Positions 12,391 through 23,397 of a DNA stretch of 64,000 bases are shown piece by piece (within the stretch, counting starts at the first letter, position 1; every line of letters begins with the position of its first letter). The DNA comes from Antedon mediterranea (Eukaryota; Animalia; Echinodermata). The notes below the pieces were generated by a model. It searched no databases. It was not told the origin of the DNA and saw only the letters and a list, made by a program, of their open reading frames with translations. The DNA is taken from positions 24,600,795 through 24,664,794 of the forward strand of contig NC_092670.1 in assembly GCF_964355755.1 (NCBI RefSeq), in the 5' to 3' direction. Made by a program: the position numbers and the translations under genes.

Positions 12391-13483
12391 TTAAGGACGA
12401 GTTCCGAGAAGATGTATTCAAAGCTACAACCAATCAGAACAGTGTTAATCAATATAGTCCATGGCTAAAGCCAATCAGAAACGTCCAAATCGCAATAACC
12501 CCTAGGCTAATAGAAATTATTGGTCCGAGTAGCCTTTTCAACCAGACGTTGCGAGGTTTAAAAAGTAAAACATGATTTACTCGCCAGTTTGGTATAGTTT
12601 ATATACCTGGGCCTAGCGATGATTTTCGCGAAGCTAAGCTGGCGATGTATTTCCGAAGGGTGCTCAGTATTAATTGATTAAAAATAGTTTTAAATAAAAA
12701 ATTATCGATTTTTTACAATTTTATGATTGCAGAATGTTGTAGACAACTCGTGAGTAGGTTGGATGAAGATTTTGAGTAATTTTAAGGGGTGGGTACGAAA
12801 CTGCATTAGCGCCTAAATTATCATCTCATATTACTAATTTAATTCTGCTAAACTAAACACACACATTTTAGCAGTATAAATTACGAACGATACAAAATAC
12901 ACAAACGGAAAATATGGATACGCATCATTGCGCACGGAGCTGTATCCCGGACAACGTTGCCAGGCCAACTTCGGTATTGCCAGAAAAAAAACCGTTGATT
13001 TTAAATCGTCATTTACTCGATAAATAACCGTTTATACGGTAATAATTTTATCTAAAAAAATTCTAAATACGTTTCTGCAAATGCACAAGCATTTTTTAGA
13101 AAATACTCCATAGATTTCAAGAGTTATAGCCAAAAAACTGCAAATTGTCCATTGGAGGGATAGGAATATATTCGCAAAGTGACGTCACCCGCGAATTTTT
13201 TTGATTTTCAAATAGGGCTTTCCCCAAAAGGGCCAATTTATATTTTGTAACAATATACATTCTATCAACACCTAATAGCCCCCAAAACATCATTCTAAAA
13301 TGAAAAAAATCGAAAATCCATTTCAGGTCCATTTTAAGCGAATATCTTTGAAAAATAAAAAGTAGTTTAATTGACATTATTAACAATAGTTGTCCGTTAA
13401 AGTGCATGCGCGATCGCGATCAAAACCTGAATCTCAAATCTCAACCACGGACGGTATTCAATCCATGGGTCAGACATTATTAA

Positions 13484-14714
13484 CCCATTGACCCCTAAGT
13501 TTATTTTGCTCCCCTGGGACCCAAAAAGCATATGTCATATAATTAACCCTAACTTTTTTTCTAAACACAGACATTAAAAAAATTAAAAAACAAAAATAAT
13601 GCAAAGGACATTTTATTTCCAAATATGTTATCAAATTTGTGTTACAACTTATTTTGGCGGAGTATGGATTATGCAAATTTTAGAAATATTTTAGGAAAAT
13701 TATTAAAAATTTGTAATTTATCTTTGACTACCAAATGCACAAAAATTAATAAATATTTCATAATAAAACTCATCTCTTCATCAGAACCTATTTCTTCTCT
13801 TCAAAATAAGACCAAACTTGACCATTATGAATGACCGGTTTCGAAATTATGAAGAAATTAGTAGACTGACTCATCCGACGATGACCATATGGGGCCTAGG
13901 CCTATCGGGAGCCGCCCCGAGAGCGTCCTCGCCGCTGTTTGTTCACCGGGAATGTTAAAAAAAACATCCCGAAAGCGACTTGGAATTCGCGATTCCCACG
14001 CGCACCGGCATCCCTCGGGAGCTTAGTCCGCTGTTTTAGACGTGTAGCTTGCAGAAAATTTGACGAAAATGCGTCGAAAACTTATGAAATTAAAACAAGT
14101 TTGGTATCAAAATGTTTGTCAAAAGTTATGCTTCAATAAACTGACCTTTGCGCAGAGTTTGAACAAATATTTCATGCCCATAATGCATCTGACATGTCAG
14201 GGTTCATATTACAATCAAAGGTAAACAATATGGCGCGGCCCTTGTGAGGACATCTTCACGACTTTTCTCCGGTAGAAAAATCACATTTTTACATGGAAAT
14301 ATGACGATTTAGACACTGTAACTGATACATAATCTTTATTTATTATACATTTATTGTATACAAGCTTCAAAATAGTGATTATTAGAAATAAAGATGGATT
14401 TTAGACGATTTTACGTTGTATGTCTAGGCCTAGATTCATTCAACGCGCCTGTCGCGTTTCGAACAGCGTGCTTCGAAAAACGGTTATATTTTCGAATTTT
14501 ATTTTCAAACTAACTTCAACAATTGTTTTTATATATTTAGAAGCATATTTTTTAAAAAAAAGTTGTGAGTATTTTGTATAATTTGTTGTTACGATTCATG
14601 CACAGCAAACTGCGCATGTAAATTCGATTTACTTTTTTTTTGTTGAAAATTTGTTTACAATGACCTTGACTTTTAACCTTTTGAGCGCTTTAAGCGCTTA
14701 TCGTGGTGAATCGG
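13484..14714. mobile_element. piggyBac-like non-autonomous element
   Basis: TTAA|CCCATTGACCCC at left and GTGGTGAATCGG|TTAA at right: imperfect short TIR with CC...GG termini and TTAA on both sides. Confidence 0.55.
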
Positions 14715-14729
14715 TTAAACGGGCCGGAC

Positions 14730-15668
14730 GCGATTTTTTTTTTCGTACATAAGTTGGGGACCCCCTCATGAAACGTCACAAAATAAACATGAATAATTCA
14801 TCAGTTTAATTTGTTGTTCCGTGTGCACCCAAGCGTATAGCAACAAGAAGTGATTACACAACTGCGATACGATACTTTCTACTTCTACAGTAGGCCTAGA
14901 ATTCTAAGTCAATTCACGTGATTGCCTTCGCGCACTCTTCTTCACACAAAATGTGTCGAGTCGAGGCTAATCGACAGCTAGGCAAGACATTAAACTAAGT
15001 AGTAAGTCATTGGACATAGCCCAAAGAAAGCTTAGAACCACAAGAATAAAGAATGTGTATAATTTGTGTAATGTATTTTTTTAATTCTGCTATTTTATTA
15101 TCAAACAATATGCATGTACTCAAAGGAACTTTAAAAATGCGCGTATATGAACACATGAGATGGGAAGATTTGACCCACGAGAATAAAAAATGTATTTTTC
15201 TGTAATGTTTATTGTTTAATTTTGCTGACTTATTACTGGGATTGTGTCATACTCGGATAGTGTAACTATCTTTGGTCATACCTAACACACACACGTCACA
15301 CACACCCACACAGCTACTACTAGAATAGACATGGGTTTAGAGACTAATAATTAGGCCTAATAGTATTAATAGAAACTATAATTTTAACACGTAATTCTTT
15401 AGTAATAAATTATATTAAAAACACCATAAACTAAAGGCTGATTATTTCGACAATCCACACAAAACGCCGCTATTCTTCTATGAAATCGCACGCCGCAACA
15501 ACAGCGGAGATAGGCCTAGAATCGTACCGCACTTGTGTAATCACTTCTTGTTGCTATACGCTTGGGTGCACACGGAACAAGAAAATTTAACTGATGAATT
15601 ATTCATGTTTATTTTGTGACGTTTCATGAGGGGGTCCCCAATTACTTATGTACGAAAAAAAAAATCGC
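14730..15668. mobile_element. MULE/Mutator-like MITE
   Basis: ~145-bp TIRs (14730-14873 / 15521-15668), G...C termini, perfect 9-bp TSD GGGCCGGAC (14721-14729, 15669-15677). Confidence 0.85.
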
Positions 15669-16132
15669 GGGCCGGACAGCATTAAATTGTTGGAAAACGC
15701 CCGCGAACCTGTTAAAACATGCAACTGGACACTATCCAATGCTGAAAAGTGTCCATCCGGACAGACACATCAATCAATCTTACACCGGAACGAACCGCGG
15801 CCGGAGTACTTGGTCTGTATTTCTCTAGCCAGTCCACGAGCTACACACTACAGCATGAGGGCAGGAACTCTGTTTATTACGTGTTTCCGCAAGCGTAATT
15901 TTTTTTTCCAGGACGAACGTGGGCAGAAACCATGAATAATTCATGATTAATTATGACATAATAGGGAACATTATAGAGGGCGCACGCTTTCCGCAACACA
16001 CTTCCCGCTGCAATCATTTTGGGCCGGGTGATCGATCTTCTAAAAGAAAAATACGATATTGATCAATCACAAAATTATTGTTGGTTGATACGAAGCGAGG
16101 CGCGCGTAAGTGTAGTGTGTGTGCGTTTGAAA

Positions 16133-16196
16133 ATGGCTTCAGATCCTTCATCTTTACGTCGTGCGAGCGAAAGAGTTATTTGTAATTTACAAAAAG
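16133..16196 (+). CDS. CPPED1: CPPED1 coding exon 1
   Basis: [21 protein letters not shown] + G|gtgaga donor; phase matches exon 2. Confidence 0.8.
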
Positions 16197-19100
16197 GTGA
16201 GAAGTTAAACTAGGCCTATTAGGCCTAGCCTATATCTATATAAATACTAGCCCCATTACATGGTAGGCCTAAGCCTAGACCTACTGCTAACTAGTACTAG
16301 CTAGGCCTAGTTAGCTAGCCCTGCCAGTATAGGTCCGGGCCCCTAAACTATGAGGCTAGAGTATAGGCCTAGTAGTAGGCCTAGGCTAGCCTAAATTGTA
16401 GGTCTCCTTCTAGCATATCCTAGTAGCTAGCTATCTTTACCTTTTTGGTACTACCTCTACTCTAGCTAGCCTAGTCTCTACTAGGTCCTACTTTTTTAGG
16501 GAGACCCTGGCTACAGTAGTCTGGGCGGAGTATGGTCGAAGCGGCCGCCAAGCAAAGCGGCCGCCAGTTACATACAGCTGTATGTATGGTCAAACCAATA
16601 AATATAAGCCAAATCGTGAACTATCGAATCTTTATATTTCTATAAAAATTAAGTTTGCCGATAAATTAATGTATATTTTATTTGTATTTTAATACTGTAT
16701 TAACTAACTAAATATATTTACATATACTATCGAATCATTAATAATTTACGTTTGTATCATAATCTACGTACTATTGAACCTTTATATCTCATTTACTATT
16801 ATTTATTTATATCTCTTTTTTTTAATATTGGCAGTGAAGGGAAAAAATAACGTTGAACTAACCCGACGTTTCTCGAGCACTCTCCTATTGAATCTTTATA
16901 CATACGTATTGCATTAATAATTTACGTACGGTATTGCCGAATCTTTATATCTCATTTACATACTATCGAAACTTTATACTGTACAGTATTGCAATAATTT
17001 ACGTACGGTATTGCCGAATCTTATATCTCGTTTACTTTACTCTCGAATCTTCATACAGTATTGCAATAATTTACGTACGGTATTGCCGAATCTTTATATC
17101 TCATTTACATACTATTGAATCTTCATACAGTATTGCAATAATAATTTACGTACGGTATTGCCGAATCTTTATATCTCGTTTACTTTACTATCGAATCTTC
17201 ATACAGTATTGCAATAATGATTTACGTACGGTATTGCCGAATCTTTATATCTCGTTTACTTTACTATCGAATCTTCATACAGCAGTATTGCAATAATTTA
17301 CGTACGGTATTGCCGAATATTTATATCTCGTTTACTTTACTATCGAATCTTCATACAGTATTGCAATAATAATTTACGTACGGTATTGCCGAAACTTTAT
17401 ATCTCGTTTACTTTACTATCGAATCTTTATACAGTATTGCAATACTAATTTACGTACGGTATTGCCGAATCTTTATATCTCGTTTACTTTACTATCGAAT
17501 CTTCATACAGTATTGCAATAATAATTTACGTACGGTATTGCCGAATCTTTATATCTCGTTTACTTTACTATCGAATCTTTATACAGTATTGCAATACTAA
17601 TTTACGTACGGTATTGCCAAATCTTTATATCTCATTTAGGCCTACATACTATCAAATCTTCATACAGTATTGCAATAATAATTAACGTACGGTATTGCCG
17701 AATCTTTATATCTCATTTACAATGTGTACTATCGAATCTTGTTTTTTTATTGATTAGTAATAGGGTGTGTTATACATTAAGTGTTATTCCATTGTAATAC
17801 ATTGTTTGTGTTTTCAATAAAGCAACATGGGGACGAAAACGCGACCTTCTACAGCCGGCCGTGTAGTTATTAGCAGAAATTCGCGTAATTAATTACCGTA
17901 CCGTACAGACACTTGCATCTTATTTTAGTATTTAAAACTCATTTTAAATTGATCAATATTTATATCTGAAGGTATAAAATAATTTAGGATATTAAATAAA
18001 TGAATTGATGTCATCATGTTATTGTAATTATTATGATTGCGAACACTACTACAGTAGTTACTTTACTAATTAATTAATATACAATAACAAATATATATAT
18101 TTTGATATAATTTATTGAAAATATATATACATTATTCTTAATAATTGGCTTATTATATATTATATTAATATACAATACAAACACCACAATGTATTTTATT
18201 GACTTTATTAAACATATCATTTAGAACAGTTAAAGTAAGTAATCATCGATTCGCCATTTCGTTTAAAAGAACGTATCACATTCAATCTGTAAAAAAAGAG
18301 AATAAATTACATAATAATTTAGATTGTTATTTACGTCCGAGGTAAAGAAAACCTGTCGAAACAATGACAATCAAAGATTACAAAACAACGACAATCAAAG
18401 CGCACACGGCGTTCCATACAAATTACCGTTATTGAACTAGCGGCCGCTTTGGTTGGCGGCCGCTTCGACCGTAATCCGTCTGGGCTGCGGAACTTTGAAA
18501 CACATGACATACCACTACGGCCTAGGCTAGCTAGGCCTATAGGGCCTATCAATCAAGTATTTCTGTATCTGACCAGTCTTATAAACATTTTATAGTTTGT
18601 ATTTTTTTTTTATATTTCAGATGATGAAGGTGAATGGAATGGAAACTTTTGCTTCATCCAAGCAGCTGATACACAGTATGGAATGATTAACAGCTATGTA
18701 GATCGTGGAGACGGTAGTAAATGGGATAAGGAACGAAAGCTTACCAGACGAGCCATAGATGCAGCCAATAACATGCATCCTAAGCCAAAGTTTTTTATTG
18801 TCTGTGGTGATCTAGTTGATTCATTTCCAGGTAAAGCATGTCATACAACTTATAATTTAAGTTTATTTATATTTTGTGAGTGGAAAAGCTTTTTTATTGA
18901 ACAGAGTTGTGAATGCGATCCCTCCAGCATTTCTAGATAGAAGACACTTGATATCTCTAGAGTGTCTTCTGCTGTTAATGTGAAAGAGGTATAATTGCAT
19001 TGGTGCAGATAAGTACTTTACTAATACAATGACACAAAAAAAAAGATTAGAGGAATTTCTTATTAAAAAATAAATATATTAATCTACCTTAATTAATTTC

Positions 19101-21830
19101 TTTTTTAAAACTAGGTACTTCATCAGATGACAAAGTAAAAAAAGAACAGATACAAGATTTTAAAATAGATTTTAAAACACTAGACAGCAATATACCACTG
19201 ATATGCGTGTGTGGTAACCACGATGTTGGGAACTCTCCTACACAAGATAGCGTAGAAAAATATAAGGAATCGTTCGGAGATGACTACTTCAGTTTTTGGG
19301 TTGGTGGAGTCAAATTCCTGGTGCTAAATTCACAGTATTATAAAGACTCAAGTCAAGTTCCAGAACAAAAGGAAGAACAAGATGTGTGGCTGGAGACACA
19401 ATTACAAAGTTTGTTTTATTGTTTTATCAGAACCCCTTTATACTACCATAATGACTCTTTAATACTACCTCCAATTTAATATTTACCATTGCTACTACTG
19501 TATTATTATACACAATTAATATAATATACTGTAGTGTTTAATTGACAGCCCCTTCTTAGTATAGTACTACCATAATGACTACAAATCTACCTCCAACAGT
19601 CTTTTGATCTGTCAATATTATTTTAATGTGTGTAATTTGTATTTCTGTAATTGTGCAGTATAATTACATAGATAGATTTTCATATCTTTTCTTTAATATT
19701 ATTTAATAAGTGTGTTTTCAAAGAGGTAACAACTGATTATCTCATATCTTTCGCCATTGATGTGTTTAGTTATGTATTTAGCTTGGTGCATTGTTCCCTT
19801 TAATTGTGAAACACCTTCGATTTTGGACAGTGTCAACACTTCAAGTTGAATCTTAAACATCAGGTTGACCCTTAATAGTATGTAAACAGATTGAAAAAAA
19901 ATATATATTTTGAGATGGGTGTTGAATAAACACTAGGAGATTTACTGGGAGGGGTTATATGCTACCTTGTACATTTAATGCCTTTTGATTTCTCATTTGG
20001 AAGTATTTTCTCACGTTCTGCGATTGGCAAGCTAACAGTTAGCTCCGATCTGGATTACAGTCTGCTAGTGTGAAACAGGCCCTAGTTTGATTTAACAAAC
20101 AATTGACAAATCTAAATTGTTGTTTCATACCGCTTAACTTATTATTACATAATACACAAATCTCATAGGAAGTTGGAAATCCTCTGACCCTGTATTAATC
20201 ACTGGCTTCTTTGTCATTCAGAGAAATGTGTTTTTGTGTTTGTTAGTTTACCTTACTACATACAAAACAAAACCACTATGACATTCTTGTAGGATATACG
20301 GTATGACATACAGTAATTTCACAGATCTATATTACCACTACCAGGATCTGGTGATAGATAACAAATTTGATTTGATCTATCTAGAACGCAACACAAGGAC
20401 GTACATGCAACGCAAGTAATTTGACCAATCACAAGTGATGGTTATTCAAACTATCACTTGTCATTGGTCAACCCGCTTGCGTTATGGTTATGTCCTTATG
20501 TGTTGTGTTTCTAGTGGGAACCAAGCAGTAAATAAATATAAAACAACCAATTAGGATATTTGTAATAATAATCACTTCAGGCTAGTTCAGTAAAACTATG
20601 TACGATACAAAATTCAATTACATTTTTTTAGATGATGGATGGCAACATCTTGTGGTATTCCACCATATTCCATGGTTTTTAGAATCTCCAGATGAAGAGG
20701 ATCAATATTTCAATATTGATATAGATGTCAGGAAGACAATGTTAAAAAGGTTTCACGATGCAGGTGCGTAGTTGTAATAATTTCTCCATAATCATTTGTA
20801 TTAATAATGATGATGATGAAACAATGATAACAAATAGGAGATAATTCAATTCAATTCAACTTTATTTCAGACAAACTGTCCATATGAAACATATAAATAC
20901 AATAAAAAATAATACAAAGCATTATGTGACAACCATCATGGAGAGAGGGCTAATAATTATTTGTTGACATATAGTGCCTCTTAAAATACATGTGGATTAT
21001 GTTTTGGGATTTATTGGATGTAGACTGTAGACATTATTATATTATTGATTACTATAGTTTACAAAACAACACATTATTATGGCTATACTGATACTAGTTA
21101 ACACACGTAAAAGTATACATGAAATTATATATACAGAAGTTCAATCCATTTTCTATGCAACTTTGAATCTTTTAGAATACGAGAAAAAACGCATGTAATT
21201 AAAGTATTACAGCTTTTTTCAATTTTTGTTTAAAAAAAAAAAAAAATTTATATAACCCGAGCACATCGTTCAATTCAATACAGATCCACTGGCCAGTAAA
21301 ACCCATAGCGGGCATGTAACACTTCCCAGTAACTGGCCTGTATTCAACAGACACTAAAATTATTTATGGCCAATAAGTTTGAATTCAGACCACCAAATCT
21401 GTGGTTTACTTGAATATAATAATTTCATGGACATTCCGTCGGCTTTGTGTTCATTTTCAGTTCCCTATTTTCACATAACAAGTGTAAGGAGCATCACTCA
21501 ATGGTCTTTGAAAGATGAGACAATTATTCTTTCCAAATTATTGCTTTAGTTTGGCATCAATTATGCTATTGATTTTCATATAATTTAGTTATCAATTAAT
21601 AATATTTGTATTAATTTTATCATTTAGGAGTTAAGAAAATATTCTGTGGGCATTATCATCGAAATGCAGGTGGATTTGACGAAGATTTGGAAGTTGTGGT
21701 GACCTCTGCTGTCGGCTGCCAAATGGGAGAAGATAAATCTGGTTTTCGAGTTGTTACTGTAAAAGAAACAGAGATTCAACACAAGTATTATGACCTGGGC
21801 CAAGTTCCAAAAAACATTGATCTAGAATAA
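16133..21830 (+). CDS. CPPED1: Serine/threonine-protein phosphatase CPPED1 (calcineurin-like phosphoesterase domain-containing protein 1), spliced, 300 aa
   Basis: Exons 16133-16196, 18621-18830, 19115-19408, 20632-20763, 21628-21830 (903 nt, all GT-AG, all phase 1). Metallophosphoesterase motifs [31 protein letters not shown] and C-terminal [11 protein letters not shown] match the CPPED1 family. Confidence 0.93.
16527..18477. mobile_element. Non-autonomous DNA transposon (Merlin-like signature) in CPPED1 intron 1
   Basis: ~43-bp TIR GGA(G/T)TA(T/C)GGTCGAAGCGGCCGCCAA.CAAAGCGGCCGC. Perfect 8-bp TSD GTCTGGGC (16519-16526, 18478-18485). Confidence 0.8.
16890..17740. repeat. ~73-76-bp minisatellite (~11 copies) inside the intronic element
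   Basis: tattgcaataatttacgtacggtattgccgaatctttatatctc recurs (e.g. 17131, 17207). Confidence 0.93.
18621..18830 (+). CDS. CPPED1: CPPED1 coding exon 2
   Basis: tttcag| [22 protein letters not shown]...[12 protein letters not shown] |gtaaag. Confidence 0.93.
19115..19408 (+). CDS. CPPED1: CPPED1 coding exon 3
   Basis: ctag| ...[17 protein letters not shown]...[23 protein letters not shown]...WLETQLQ |gtttgt. Confidence 0.92.
20632..20763 (+). CDS. CPPED1: CPPED1 coding exon 4
   Basis: tttag| [28 protein letters not shown]...FHDA |gtgcgt. Confidence 0.92.
21628..21830 (+). CDS. CPPED1: CPPED1 coding exon 5
   Basis: tttag| [15 protein letters not shown]...[20 protein letters not shown]...IDLE*. 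Confidence 0.93.
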
Positions 21831-23397
21831 GTATTAAGTTTTGATGTAATATATGTATTAGCCAAAGTTCATATTTACCTAAAATGTTTATTTTTTTTAA
21901 TTTTTCTAATATTTCTTACCTTCCATAATTGTGCAAATGACTTCTATTACAATGCATATTTACAGTGTAATCATTTTCACTGCATTAAAAAAAAAGGAGT
22001 GGTAATTTGGGTAAATGCACACAAAAAAAATGGATTTATTAGGACAGATCCACGATGGGCACACTTTACAGTCATGTGACCCTAATTCCTAATTTTCAGG
22101 AAAAATTTATGAAATATATTAAGCTATTATAATAATAACTATTGATATTAACAGAGCTTTCTTGTTTTATTGTTTGAACATATTACGTTTAAGGAAAACA
22201 GTACTAAATAACAATAGTGTAGCCTTTTGTTTATTTCCAATAATATTCGAGTAGCTAAAATCTTGTAATAGTTAAATTATGCTGCTCATTTTACTTGTAT
22301 ATATTGTTTTCAGCGTGAGATTATAAAGAAAAAAACTGTATAGTATTGGAGAGAGTATATATCTAGTTTTAGTCTTGTTAGATGTTTATATTGGAGTATG
22401 TTAATATATATATATCTAAACCATCTAAATTTCTATTATCTCAGGGTTTTATATTATGTCATAGCATTTCTATGCAAATGTAAATGGTAGATCCGAATTT
22501 AAAATTTCTATTGTTTATTTGGAAATATAAACCACTTTTTAAAAATTGCTTATTTCACAATGCTCTTTTTCTTTACCGCCAACGGAAAAAAGTGGGGTTA
22601 TTATCAATGTTTATGCTTTATGGTAAACAATAGAAACTTTATCCCCGGAGCTGCCCTTTAAAGTAGAACATTTTATTATTAATGTGTTTAAGAATTATAA
22701 ATTGTATTATACCATATTATCCACTGAAGCATAGTTGTAAATGTATGTTTAATGTTTAGTCAATGCAATACGCGGTGCTACTGTACTTTCGCACTCAATC
22801 TCGCAAGATTGTCCCAATTTTAAAATATTTACACGCTGCGCAGCGGTGACAGTGAGTGACTGTGCAGTCTTATGCCCGGTTAGGTGCGAAATTACAAAAG
22901 AGCCCAATACGCTGGATCGGTAGGCGTCAACAATTAGTTTTGAGTAATAGTAATAGTAATACAACCAAAGTGCCTCATTAAAATTGCCTTTGTTGGTAGT
23001 AATGTTCAATTATTGTGCTTTCATAACTGTATGGTGTTTATATTTTACTATCAAGAAGTAGTAGGCCTATACTACTGTTGTTCACACTAACTGTACAGTA
23101 CGTATTTGTCACTGGACCTAAAATATCAAGTGTGGTTGTTTACTTCTAATTCCTTTTTTTTTTTATTATGTTTTCTTTGATTTCCCTTATTTATGTTTTC
23201 TTTGATTTCCCTTATTTATGTTTTTCTTTTCTTATTTATTTTTTCTGATTTATTTACATTTTTTTTATATTTTGTCTATTGAAACCCATTCACTTATTTT
23301 ATTCGCTTTATAATATTATAAACATTATTTTTGTAAGGTTTGTCTAAACGTTTAGAGTATTCTAAAAACAATCTGAAATAGTCCACTTTAGAATATT

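Larger units (their letters stand above)
6278..12813. mobile_element. 6.5-kb foldback-type element with 8-bp TSD and satellite-filled inverted arms
   Basis: Arms 6278-6493 / 12611-12813 and ~7592-7630 / ~12558-12597 are reverse complements. GGC...GCC termini. Perfect TSD TAAATTAT at 6270-6277 and 12814-12821. Confidence 0.85.
5666..13333. mobile_element. Non-autonomous TTAA-targeting DNA transposon (Kolobok-like termini) hosting nested insertions
   Basis: TIR AAT(A/G)GACCTGAAATGGATTTTCGATTTT at both ends (1 mismatch). TTAA flanks at 5662-5665 and 13334-13337. RR...YY termini. Confidence 0.75.

Noticed and set aside
16934-17296. 120-aa repetitive ORF
   Set aside because: Lies in the minisatellite inside an intronic transposon.
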